Part shown: in pieces, positions 9,660 to 18,318 of the stretch
Layout: each line of letters opens with the position of its first letter
Numbering within the stretch: position 1 is the first letter of the stretch
Source: Patescibacteria group bacterium
Lineage (GTDB): Bacteria > Patescibacteriota > WWE3 > 0-14-0-20-40-13
NCBI GenBank assembly: GCA_018896215.1
Contig: JAHINB010000003.1
Span: 3,776 to 67,775, forward strand
Length of the DNA stretch: 64,000 bases
Reading direction: 5' to 3'
The notes under the pieces: model-generated
Told to the model about the DNA's origin: nothing
Databases searched by the model: none
Seen by the model: the letters and a program-made list of their open reading frames with translations, nothing else
Translations under genes and position numbers: made by a program

Positions 9660-10589
9660 CTAATCCTTTTTAGCAACCTTCTTTGTTCCCCTAAAAAAGA
9701 GTACTTTAACAATAAGGACAATAGGAAGCCACATTAAAGCAAATGCGGCAACCCAGATAAAGGCAACTGCCACAAAGTACAGCACATCTAGGATTTTATT
9801 TCCAGCTTCTTTGAGCGTTTCCAAAAGATCCGGTCTTTGTGGTGTTTGACTCGGATTAAAGTACTTTTCGGAATTTGCCACTACCAGGCTTAGTGTGGCA
9901 TAACTTGTTTTGGTTTCTACTGTGTTTACTTGAGATGTGGCGGAAGCAATTTGAGATTCCAGTCTTTGTATTTCGTATTCAATTTGTTTCTTTTCGATAT
10001 CGGTTCTGGCTGCCAAGAGCTCTAACTCCTTTTTGGTCTTTTCCTCGTTAAGTCTGGTTAACTCATCGCTAGCCTGTTTTAGGGCTCCTGTTTCGTCAAG
10101 GGAGTTTATGTTTTCATAATAGGTTTTTTTGATGTCCGTCTTAACCCGCATGTTGGCCTCGTCAAATTTTTCCACAGGAACTTTTACGGTTAGCGAAGCC
10201 ACAATTGTTTTATCGGAAGTATTAAGATTGGAAGATAATATCCTTCCGCCAATGCTCAAAAAATAGCTGGTTAGGTTGGAGGTGTACTTTTCCACACTAT
10301 CAACCACAACGCTAAAGCTAGAATATTTTTCGTAGACTCGGTTAACTACATCTAACGCGGCATCAGGAGTTATGTATGGGGGCATAATGGAGGTGGTGGG
10401 TCTTTCGATCATCATTTTAGCCCCACTCTCTTGCGAATATCCCGTTGAACCACTATTTACAGCTTGGATTAATGAAGGCGCTCCTTTAATGGCCACCACA
10501 GCAGTGTTCTTTACAGTAACAAAAATAAAAGCCGGAATGGCGGTAATAACAGCAAGTATTAGAACAATAACGAGAGTTTTTTTATTCAT
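9660..10589 (-). CDS. Membrane protein with an N-terminal TM, an extracellular coiled coil and C-terminal TM helices (DUF4349-like), hypothetical
   Basis: Hydrophobic N- and C-termini and a heptad-rich middle region (LNEEKTKKELELLAARTDIEKKQIEYEIQRLESQI). It converges on comF. Confidence 0.5.
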   Translation of the reverse strand: MNKKTLVIVLILAVITAIPAFIFVTVKNTAVVAIKGAPSLIQAVNSGSTGYSQESGAKMMIERPTTSIMPPYITPDAALDVVNRVYEKYSSFSVVVDSVEKYTSNLTSYFLSIGGRILSSNLNTSDKTIVASLTVKVPVEKFDEANMRVKTDIKKTYYENINSLDETGALKQASDELTRLNEEKTKKELELLAARTDIEKKQIEYEIQRLESQIASATSQVNTVETKTSYATLSLVVANSEKYFNPSQTPQRPDLLETLKEAGNKILDVLYFVAVAFIWVAAFALMWLPIVLIVKVLFFRGTKKVAKKD

Positions 10590-10719
10590 ATGTTTTTTAA
10601 CTTCTAGTAATATGTTAAATATATTATCTTAGGGTTTTAAAGTCAAATTTTGCCTTCTTTGCTTATAGAAGGTTTTGCACCAAGTTGTTCGAGCATCTGT
10701 TTAGTATTATCCATGTCTA

Positions 10720-11481
10720 TTAAGAGAATTTCTTTTTTATGTAGTCGGTAATATAGATAAATAATTTAGCAAGATTTTCTCTCTCATTTATTCTAATAAA
10801 GGGTTTTAAGTCCTGAATAAATTCCTTTTCGTTAAAGGCTGTAAGTCTCTCAATAAACTCCTTTTTATTGAATTTCTCTCTATAGTAGGCAAGCTTTTTG
10901 TCAATTAGGTTAAAATCAATTTTTCCACCTAGTTCTATTAAAACCCATAAATCATAAAGATCCCGCATTTTTTTGCGAGTTAAGATTGCCCTAACCTTCT
11001 CAGCAATAATTTCATTAATGCTTAACGAGTTAATGTAATTTTTAACGATTATGGGATAGACAGTTTCCATAATTCTATTTTGTGGCTCGATTACGCTTTC
11101 TCTAAAGGAAAAATCCAGTTTTACATATACTGGTGTTTTAAATCCCAAGATAGTTGTGGTCAAAAGATATGACTTACCAACCAAAGCTTTTTTGGCTTTG
11201 CATTTAATGGGGTATTTACTCTCTACATCAGAAAAAACTTTTAAAATCTCGCTTTCAAAAACGGGGAGATCTAAATTTGCAGTAAAATCTAAATCTTCCG
11301 AGAAACGACTTCCTCCATATAACAACCTAATTGCAGTACCACCTTTAAAATAGATATCTCTAGAAAATTTATATGAGTAAAGTTCGTTTAAGAAAAGTAT
11401 TTGAATAAACTCCCGAGCAATAACACTTTCGTCAATTTTGTTTTTACTTGCCAACTCTTTTATTTGATCTAGAGAAATCAT
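10720..11481 (-). CDS. Nucleotidyltransferase AbiEii/AbiGii toxin family (type IV TA toxin, DUF1814)
   Basis: FKGGTAIRLLYGGSRFSEDLDFT is the hallmark NTase motif of AbiEii. Confidence 0.8.
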   Translation of the reverse strand: MISLDQIKELASKNKIDESVIAREFIQILFLNELYSYKFSRDIYFKGGTAIRLLYGGSRFSEDLDFTANLDLPVFESEILKVFSDVESKYPIKCKAKKALVGKSYLLTTTILGFKTPVYVKLDFSFRESVIEPQNRIMETVYPIIVKNYINSLSINEIIAEKVRAILTRKKMRDLYDLWVLIELGGKIDFNLIDKKLAYYREKFNKKEFIERLTAFNEKEFIQDLKPFIRINERENLAKLFIYITDYIKKKFS

Positions 11482-12068
11482 AAATATTTATCAATTAACA
11501 CCGCGATTCCACTTTTGCTATTAGCAGAGACTAAAGGTAAATACAATCTGATCTTTTCTTTTGATAATTGCGATAAGTCCATCTCACTAAGGTAATTTTC
11601 TGTCCTAAAAGACTTGGTAACGAAGTAAAAATAGTCAAATAAAGCTTTTTCGGGGTAGGCAATTAAGAAGTTGTTTTTTGATTCGTAACCAGTTAAAAGC
11701 TCCTTTTTTATTTGTGAATAACTAAATATTTTATCGTTAATGTTTTTAACACAAGTTTTCTTTGTTGTGATAGCAGTAATTTCAAAAGGGAATTGGCTTA
11801 AGATTCCGTAGTAATTTAAAGCCGATTCCAAGGAAATATAGGATGGATTATACAAGTAGCTACTAGTAGCAAAATCCGAGGGGGCGTTTTGTTTTAAATA
11901 ATATTTTCCTCTTTCTAATTGGACAAACAGACCAGAGCCGATAAGACTACTGATAGTATTCTCCAGAGATCTCGCATTCTCAATTTTAAGAATAACAGCA
12001 ATATCTCTAGTATTAAAAAAGGTTTTTTTTGTTTCCAAGAGTTTATCGATCTGCAAGTACGCTTCCAT
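11478..12068 (-). CDS. AbiEi-like antitoxin/transcriptional regulator (type IV TA)
   Basis: Lies upstream of the AbiEii gene with a 4-nt ATGA overlap. An N-terminal wHTH-like region is typical of AbiEi. Confidence 0.55.
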   Translation of the reverse strand: MEAYLQIDKLLETKKTFFNTRDIAVILKIENARSLENTISSLIGSGLFVQLERGKYYLKQNAPSDFATSSYLYNPSYISLESALNYYGILSQFPFEITAITTKKTCVKNINDKIFSYSQIKKELLTGYESKNNFLIAYPEKALFDYFYFVTKSFRTENYLSEMDLSQLSKEKIRLYLPLVSANSKSGIAVLIDKYL

Positions 12069-12174
12069 ATACCACCAATATTAGGTGGTTTATGGAAGCG
12101 TGTCAAGCTGCGAGATTCTTCGAAGATACAAACATGGTAAAATCTACCAGACCATCACATAACACCAAATGTAG

Positions 12175-12264
12175 AGGAGGGGTGCGGGAGCGGTTTAACC
12201 GGCTGGTTTCGAAAACCATGCGGGGCGAAAGTCTCACGAGAGTTCAAATCTCTCCCCCTCCGCC
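12175..12264 (+). tRNA. tRNA-Ser (anticodon CGA), type II with a long variable arm
   Basis: GGAGGGG acceptor, anticodon loop TT-CGA-AA, long variable arm, T-arm GAGAG-TTCAAAT-CTCTC, acceptor CCCCTCC-G-CCA. Confidence 0.8.
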
Positions 12265-12319
12265 AGCTTCTAATGGCTGTGCCACGTTAAATTTTTGTGT
12301 TATCACAAAAATTTGTACA

Positions 12320-12395
12320 TGGTGCCCCCAAGAGGACTCGAACCTCTAACCTTTGCGTCCGCAACGCAATGCTCTATCCATTAAGCTATGGGGGC
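12320..12395 (-). tRNA. tRNA-Arg (anticodon GCG)
   Basis: The reverse complement gives GCCCCCA-TA-GCTT...TTGCG-TTGCGGA-CGCAA...TTCGAGT...TGGGGGC-A-CCA. The anticodon loop is T-T-GCG-G-A, with G37 as expected for CGN decoders. Confidence 0.7.
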
Positions 12396-12399
12396 AAGT

Positions 12400-13326
12400 T
12401 TAAGATTTATTTAATTCCTCGAGAATCTTTTTTTGATTATAGGAGATCCGGCTGGGGACAACAAGCGCTACCTGGACAAAATGGTCGCCACGATGACTAC
12501 CCCTTACATTGGGAAAACCTTGTCCTCTAATTCTAAAGGTGGTTCCGTGTTGCGTTCCCGCGGGAATTTTAAGTTTAATTTTTTTGGTGCCAGATGGGGA
12601 ATTTGGGTCAATTGATTCAATCTCGATATTGTCTCCCAAAACAGCTTGGGGGTAGGAAATTTGGGCAAGAGAATAAGCGTTAGATGACTCATCTCGCTGA
12701 ATGCTTGTGTGAGTCTGTACTTTAATGACGATAAACAAATCACCAGGGATTCCTCCTTGAGGGGCGGGTTCTCCTTCTCCAGAGTATTTAATTTGCGAAC
12801 CGCTTGCCACCCCCGCGGGAATTTTTATCTTTAGGGGTTTTCCGCGAATGACAATTTGTTTTTGACAACCATGAATTGCTTCGGCAAATGAGATTGCCAG
12901 TTCATATTGCAGGCTTTTGCCCTTTTTTTCTCTTCTGGTGCCAAAGCCTCGGGATCCAAAAACTTGCTCAAAAACATCAAAAGGGTCAAAATCGCCACCA
13001 AAATCAAAGCCGTTGTTTGATCCTTGAGAGGAATAAGTATAAGTAAACGGTCCCCAGGATCCGCCGTAAGCGCCCCCTCCCCGTGCTGAGCCCGCCTGTT
13101 GAGCCGTCGAAGCATGACCAAATTGGTCGTACGATCGGTGTTTTTCGGGATTAGATAATATCTGGTAAGCTTCGTTAATCTCTTTAAACTTTTCCTCGGC
13201 GAGTTTTTTATCTTTGGCTACATCGGGGTGATATTCTTTGGCAAGTTTTTTATAAGCTCGTTTGATTTCGTCATCGCTGGCGTTTTTAGAGATCCCAAGT
13301 ATTTCATAATAGTCCCGTTTGCTCAT
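12400..13326 (-). CDS. J-domain co-chaperone (DnaJ/CbpA class, no zinc-finger repeats)
   Basis: DYYEILGISKNASDDEIKRAYKKLAKEYHPD is a J domain with HPD, followed by a G/F-rich region. The start overlaps the dnaK stop. Confidence 0.8.
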   Translation of the reverse strand: MSKRDYYEILGISKNASDDEIKRAYKKLAKEYHPDVAKDKKLAEEKFKEINEAYQILSNPEKHRSYDQFGHASTAQQAGSARGGGAYGGSWGPFTYTYSSQGSNNGFDFGGDFDPFDVFEQVFGSRGFGTRREKKGKSLQYELAISFAEAIHGCQKQIVIRGKPLKIKIPAGVASGSQIKYSGEGEPAPQGGIPGDLFIVIKVQTHTSIQRDESSNAYSLAQISYPQAVLGDNIEIESIDPNSPSGTKKIKLKIPAGTQHGTTFRIRGQGFPNVRGSHRGDHFVQVALVVPSRISYNQKKILEELNKS

Positions 13327-15230
13327 TACTCAACAACCTCTCCCTCCTTCGGCTCGTCTGGTTTTGATTCACCGTCTTCCGGTTTGTTGTCTGTGGGATT
13401 ATCTTCTTGCGGACCACCTTCGGGGGTTTTTTGCTCACCTTGCCCATAGATAGATTGTCCGATTTTTTGCAATTCAAGCGACAATTCCTGGGTTTTGTTT
13501 TTGATTTCATCAAGAGTTCCAGTCGCCACAATGTCTTTGAGAATCTTGGCTTTTTCTTCAACCGATTTTTTAACATCTTCTGGTACTTTATCTCCCGCAT
13601 CTCTTAAAGACTTTTCGGCGGTGTAAACCATATTGTCTGCAATATTTCGGGCTTCGGCTACCTCTTTCTTTTTTTGATCCTCTTCTTTATTCTTTTCGGC
13701 ATCAACAACCATTTTTTCGATATCTTCTTTGGATAAACCCGTTCCCGATTGGACGGTGATTTTTTGCTCTTTGCCCGATGCCTTGTCTTTTGCCGAAACG
13801 GCCACAATGCCATTGGCGTCAATGTCAAATTTGACCTCTACTTGGGGAACGCCCCGAGGCGCTGGCGGAATGCCATCTAAAATAAATCGACCCAAAGATT
13901 TGTTGTCCCCCGCCATCTCTCTTTCTCCTTGCAAGACATTTATCTCCACCGAAGTTTGGCTGTCGGCGGCGGTGCTAAAGACTTGAGAAGCCGAGGTGGG
14001 TATGGTGGTGTTCCTTTTAATTAAAGGCGTTGCCACCCCACCCAGTGTCTCTATTCCCAATGTTAAAGGAGTTACATCGAGCAACAAGACATCTTTGACA
14101 TCTCCGGTTAAGACGCCCCCTTGAATTGCCGCCCCTACCGCCACCACCTCGTCGGGATTGACTCCTTTGTGGGGCTCTTTGCCAAAAAGGGTTTTTACGG
14201 TTTCGACGACCTTAGGCATTCTAGTCATACCGCCAACAAGGACAACTTCATCAATATCGCCAATTTTGAATTTGGCGTCTTTTAGCGCCGACTCGCAAGG
14301 AGGGACACTCTTTTTAATGAGATCGTCTGTCAACTGTTCCAGCTTGGCACGAGACAGCATTACTGTTAAGTGCTTTGGTCCTGATTGGTCAGCTGTAATA
14401 TAGGGAACGCTAACCTGGGTTTCTTGCGTGCTGGAAAGCTCTATTTTGGCTTTTTCTGCCGCGTCCTTTAAGCGTTGCATGGCTTGACGGTCATTGGAGA
14501 TGTCCACCCCGTTTTCTTTTTTAAACTCCGCAAGCAACCACTCAATAATTTTATTGTCAAAATCGTCTCCGCCGAGGTAAGTGTCCCCATTGGTGCTTTT
14601 AACCTCAAAAACGCCATCACCTATCTCTAGAATGGAGATGTCAAAAGTGCCCCCGCCTAAATCGTAAATCGCTATTTGCTCGTTTTTCTTTTTATCTAGC
14701 CCATAAGCAAGGGAAGCGGCGGTGGGTTCGTTAATAATCCTTTTTACATCAAAGCCAGCAATAAGGCCTGCCTCTTTGGTGGCTTGTCTTTGACTATCGT
14801 CAAAGTAGGCGGGAACAGTAATAACCGCTTCGGTGATAGGTTGTCCAATGTATGCCTCGGCATCAGCCTTTAGTTTGGCAAGAATTGATGCGGAAATTTG
14901 CTGGGGAGTAAACTCCTTGCCTTCAATTTCTAAGACCGCCAGACCGTTTTTATCAGCTTTTACTGTGTAGGGAAGGCTTTTAATGGCTTTTTGCACAGCC
15001 GGATCATTAAATCTGCGACCCATTAAACGCTTTACGGAGTAGACAGTATTTTTGGGATTTACCACCTGCTGTCTTTTTGCCGAAACGCCGACCAAATTGC
15101 GAATAGGATCCACTATTGATGGGGTGGTTCTGCCACCCTCACTATTGGGAATTACTTTAGGGGTGCCACTTTCCATAATTGCCATGCAAGAATTGGTGGT
15201 ACCAAGATCGATACCTAGTATTTTAGACAT
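13326..15230 (-). CDS. dnaK: Molecular chaperone DnaK (Hsp70)
   Basis: [18 protein letters not shown]..., [12 protein letters not shown] and other Hsp70 signatures along the full length. Confidence 0.97.
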   Translation of the reverse strand: MSKILGIDLGTTNSCMAIMESGTPKVIPNSEGGRTTPSIVDPIRNLVGVSAKRQQVVNPKNTVYSVKRLMGRRFNDPAVQKAIKSLPYTVKADKNGLAVLEIEGKEFTPQQISASILAKLKADAEAYIGQPITEAVITVPAYFDDSQRQATKEAGLIAGFDVKRIINEPTAASLAYGLDKKKNEQIAIYDLGGGTFDISILEIGDGVFEVKSTNGDTYLGGDDFDNKIIEWLLAEFKKENGVDISNDRQAMQRLKDAAEKAKIELSSTQETQVSVPYITADQSGPKHLTVMLSRAKLEQLTDDLIKKSVPPCESALKDAKFKIGDIDEVVLVGGMTRMPKVVETVKTLFGKEPHKGVNPDEVVAVGAAIQGGVLTGDVKDVLLLDVTPLTLGIETLGGVATPLIKRNTTIPTSASQVFSTAADSQTSVEINVLQGEREMAGDNKSLGRFILDGIPPAPRGVPQVEVKFDIDANGIVAVSAKDKASGKEQKITVQSGTGLSKEDIEKMVVDAEKNKEEDQKKKEVAEARNIADNMVYTAEKSLRDAGDKVPEDVKKSVEEKAKILKDIVATGTLDEIKNKTQELSLELQKIGQSIYGQGEQKTPEGGPQEDNPTDNKPEDGESKPDEPKEGEVVE

Positions 15231-15233
15231 AAA

Positions 15234-15704
15234 TTAATTAGAGTTTGTTTCTTGCGGATTGTTTACAGAATCAGAAGAAGCAAACTTTTTTCCAACTATA
15301 ACTTTTGCCGGTCGTAGGATCCGGCTTCGGAGTTTATAACCAGTTTCTAATACTTTTAAAATTTTATTTTCCTCACCTTTTGCCAGCTCTACCGCCTCGT
15401 GGTGTCTGGGGTCAAAATTGTCTCCCTCCGCCTCAATTGTTTCTACCCCTTCTTGCTTTAATAATTCTTTAAAATTGGTAATTACCAGTTGCAATCCCTC
15501 GTCTTTTAAATGCTCCTGCGCTTTTTCTAAATTATCTAGTATAGGTAAAAGCTCTCTTAAAAAATTAGAAAGGGCGTATTTGGCAAATTCTGTTTTTTCT
15601 TCTGTCACCCGCTTTTCTAAATTTTTGTAATCCGCCAAAGCCCTTCTCCAATTTGTCTCCATTTCGGAGACCTCACTCTTTTCCATTTCTTCGTGTGTTT
15701 TCAT
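15234..15704 (-). CDS. grpE: Nucleotide exchange factor GrpE
   Basis: Its size, position between hrcA and dnaK, and coiled-coil N-terminus with a C-terminal beta region (ILRPAKVIVGK) fit GrpE. Confidence 0.85.
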   Translation of the reverse strand: MKTHEEMEKSEVSEMETNWRRALADYKNLEKRVTEEKTEFAKYALSNFLRELLPILDNLEKAQEHLKDEGLQLVITNFKELLKQEGVETIEAEGDNFDPRHHEAVELAKGEENKILKVLETGYKLRSRILRPAKVIVGKKFASSDSVNNPQETNSN

Positions 15705-15705
15705 C

Positions 15706-16446
15706 TTACCAATTGCCTCCCAACTCGCAGATTAAATTTTTTAAATATCTTACCTCGGGAATAATTTTGGCGTAAGGCATTCTGTAAGGACCTACAACGC
15801 TTAACCTTCCCTGCGTTCTTCCGCAACTATAGCGAGCAGTTACCATTCCAGCCAGATCCAAATGGGGAATTTCCATTTCGGGTCCAATAATTACGGTAAT
15901 GTCTTGCCCGTGGCGCATTTTGGAAAATACGCTTTGGTATGCTTCGAAGTCATCTAAAATTCCAAAAATAGATTTTGCCGCGTCAATATCTAAAAATTCT
16001 GGATGCTCCAAGATATTTACTGTCCCAGCGCTGTACATTCTGCCATCATCGGTATCAACAATAGAAAGCAGTCCCGAAGCTTCGGCAAGAGATAAAGCCA
16101 CTTGGCGTAAAAATTTGTCTTGCTCATAGCGTTCCTGCCAAACCCGTTGTTTTATGGCAACTTCTTGCAAAACCGGAACTTCTTTTTCGTCCACCAGATT
16201 TTGAATGTAATATCTTATGCCCAAAGGCGTTGGTGTTCTTCCTGCCGAAGTGTGGGGAACCTCTAGATAACCCTTGCGCATCAATTCTGCCATTTCGTTG
16301 CGAACCGTGGCAGGGCTAATTTTTAGATTGTGTTTGGAAACTAAATCTTCAGAACCAACAGGCTTCGCCGAATCAATATGATCATCAATAATTGCTTTTA
16401 GAATAACAATTTGTCTCGGTGTTAGATTTTCCATAATAGATGTCAA
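15706..16446 (-). CDS. hrcA: Heat-inducible transcription repressor HrcA (the likely true start is the ATG at 16434, MENLTPRQ...)
   Basis: N-terminal wHTH (LTPRQIVILKAIIDDHIDSAKPVGSEDL...ATVRNEMAELMRKGYL) and its position first in the hrcA-grpE-dnaK-dnaJ operon. Confidence 0.9.
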   Translation of the reverse strand: MTSIMENLTPRQIVILKAIIDDHIDSAKPVGSEDLVSKHNLKISPATVRNEMAELMRKGYLEVPHTSAGRTPTPLGIRYYIQNLVDEKEVPVLQEVAIKQRVWQERYEQDKFLRQVALSLAEASGLLSIVDTDDGRMYSAGTVNILEHPEFLDIDAAKSIFGILDDFEAYQSVFSKMRHGQDITVIIGPEMEIPHLDLAGMVTARYSCGRTQGRLSVVGPYRMPYAKIIPEVRYLKNLICELGGNW

Positions 16447-16447
16447 C

Positions 16448-16483
16448 TGGCACTAATATAGTACGAGTGATAATTATTGTCAA
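16448..16483 (-). promoter_or_regulatory. Sigma70-type promoter TTGACA-N17-TATATT for hrcA, overlapping a degenerate CIRCE-like inverted repeat
   Basis: On the minus strand, TTGACA is at 16483-16478 and TATATT at 16460-16455 with a 17-nt spacer. On the plus strand 16448-16474 reads CTGGCACTA-N9-GAGTGATAA against the CIRCE consensus TTAGCACTC-N9-GAGTGCTAA (6/9 and 8/9). Confidence 0.45.
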
Positions 16484-16509
16484 CAGGAATTTTAGGGTAC
16501 AATTGCGAT

Positions 16510-17301
16510 ATGTTCTTAGAGCCAAAAAAGTCCCTGGGGCAAAATTTTTTAAAGTCGCCAAAAGTCTTAAATGACTTTATTCAGGCGTGTGATTTATCGA
16601 AAAACGATGTGGTACTGGAAGTTGGAGCAGGAACTGGGGCAGTGACTAGAGAGCTTGCCGAGGTTGCAGGCAAGGTAATTGCTGTTGAGTTTGATCGAGA
16701 TCTTGTGGAAGCACTTAAGGAATCATTAAAAGATTATTCTAATGTGGAGATCGTTAACGATGATATTTTACAAATTTTCCCTACTTCGCTCGCCGTTGGT
16801 GAGCTACACAGGGCAGGCAATTTAAAGATAGTGGGGTCGATTCCATATAGTATTACTTCGCCATTGATTGGCAAAATTTATGAACTTAAACAAAAGCCAA
16901 CCTTAATCTGTTTAATTGTGCAGTGGGAAGTGGCAAAAAAGATTTGCGCTAAACCGCCCAACGCCAGTTATTTGTCCAATCTTGTGGCAACATTTGGAGA
17001 AGCAAAAATTATAAGAAAAATCCCACCGGGAGCGTTTTGCCCAGCACCACGAGTTGACTCCGCGATTCTACGAATCGTCACGCATAATAAATATCCTGAT
17101 ATCAGGACAAAAGAATTCTCTCAGTTTCTCCATAAGGGGTTTAAACATCCTCGGAAAAAAATCAAGCAGGTTTTCACGCTAGAAGAACTGTTAAAGGTTG
17201 GGATAGATCCAAGCCTCCGCCCCGAAAATCTTTCTTTGCTGAACTGGCTAAACCTTTTTAATTTGGGAGTATCCCATTTGGGATACTCCCATATGAGATA
17301 A
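16510..17301 (+). CDS. rsmA: 16S rRNA (adenine1518/1519-N6)-dimethyltransferase RsmA/KsgA
   Basis: SLGQNFL and VLEVGAGTGAVT motifs. An ATG at 16510 is preferred over the TTG at 16477. Confidence 0.9.
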   Translation: MFLEPKKSLGQNFLKSPKVLNDFIQACDLSKNDVVLEVGAGTGAVTRELAEVAGKVIAVEFDRDLVEALKESLKDYSNVEIVNDDILQIFPTSLAVGELHRAGNLKIVGSIPYSITSPLIGKIYELKQKPTLICLIVQWEVAKKICAKPPNASYLSNLVATFGEAKIIRKIPPGAFCPAPRVDSAILRIVTHNKYPDIRTKEFSQFLHKGFKHPRKKIKQVFTLEELLKVGIDPSLRPENLSLLNWLNLFNLGVSHLGYSHMR

Positions 17302-17364
17302 GGAAATATGAGGGGATCATGCGCGTTTCGTATTTGGTACAATGAATCTAGGAATCAAAAAACT

Positions 17365-18318
17365 ATGAATTTAGAAAATTTACCAGAACATTTGGTGCAG
17401 TCCCCAATTTGGGGAAAATTTAAGACCCAAATGGGAACGCCAGCGTACACCGCGGGCGGTGTGCAATTTACCCTCCACAAATTACCTCTTTTGCCTTACT
17501 ACTTGGCATATGCTCCCAAGATCAATCTCAAGAATATTAACTATGAGGAAGTGGGTAAAGTTGCCGAATCAAAAAATGCGGTAGCCGTGCGTTTTGATGC
17601 ACCTAATGTTGTTTTGGCTGATGATACAGCAAAAAGTCGGGTACTACCCGATTCGGGTAGTACCCGATATAATGTTGTACCTGCGCCAAAAGATACTTTT
17701 GCTAAGTACAATATTCTTTTAGATTTAACTCCAAACGAAGAAACGCTTTTTAAAAATCTTAAATCCAAAACCCGTTACAACATCAGACTTGCCCAAAAAA
17801 ATGGCGTTGTAGTCAAGAAATCGAACGACATAAATACATTTTTAGAGCTCAATCGCAAAACCGCAAAAAGGCAGGGTTTTTTTGTCCACGCAGATTCTTA
17901 TTACAAAACTATGTTCGAGATCTTGCAAAAGGAAGGTTTGGCCTATCTATTTATTGCTTATTTAAATAACGAGCCACTTGTTGCTTGGATTCTAATCTGC
18001 TATCAAGGGGTTTTGTATTATCCTTACGGAGCTTCTTCCGAAAAACACAAAGAGGTTATGGCGTCCAACCTAATGATGTGGGAGGCAATAAAATTTGGAA
18101 AAGAAAAAGGTTGTAAACTGTTTGATATGTGGGGGGCAACTAACGATGAAAAAGACCCCTGGTGGGGGTTTACGAGATTTAAGTTGGGATATGGGGGAGA
18201 GTTGGTTAAATACATGGACTCCTTCGATCTCGTTATTAATAAACCGATATATAGACTATTTAATGGGGTGTATAGATTATTTTGGTTTTTTCTCAATTTA
18301 AAAAAGCTATGGATCTAA
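17365..18318 (+). CDS. FemAB-family aminoacyltransferase (peptidoglycan interpeptide bridge formation), copy 1
   Basis: FemAB-like layout: ...SKTRYNIRLAQKNGV..., acceptor-type fold. It contains the 31-nt REP-like palindrome at 17637-17667 within the reading frame. Confidence 0.7.
   Translation: MNLENLPEHLVQSPIWGKFKTQMGTPAYTAGGVQFTLHKLPLLPYYLAYAPKINLKNINYEEVGKVAESKNAVAVRFDAPNVVLADDTAKSRVLPDSGSTRYNVVPAPKDTFAKYNILLDLTPNEETLFKNLKSKTRYNIRLAQKNGVVVKKSNDINTFLELNRKTAKRQGFFVHADSYYKTMFEILQKEGLAYLFIAYLNNEPLVAWILICYQGVLYYPYGASSEKHKEVMASNLMMWEAIKFGKEKGCKLFDMWGATNDEKDPWWGFTRFKLGYGGELVKYMDSFDLVINKPIYRLFNGVYRLFWFFLNLKKLWI
17637..17667. repeat. 31-nt perfect palindrome TCGGGTACTACCCGA-T-TCGGGTAGTACCCGA inside the FemAB CDS (REP-like)
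   Basis: Read directly from the sequence. A copy identical over 30 of 31 nt occurs at 46435-46465 in an intergenic region. Confidence 0.6.

Noticed and set aside
12029-12530. ORFs 12029-12349(+), 12297-12530(+) and 12433-12615(+)
   Set aside because: They overlap tRNA-Ser, tRNA-Arg or the antisense of dnaJ, and the tRNA folds explain the sequence.
13407-15237. Several 60-85-aa ORFs antisense to dnaK (13729-13986, 14158-14403, 15052-15237) and similar antisense ORFs inside grpE, hrcA, gltX and recJ
   Set aside because: They lie inside long, highly conserved coding regions on the other strand and are typical antisense artefacts.
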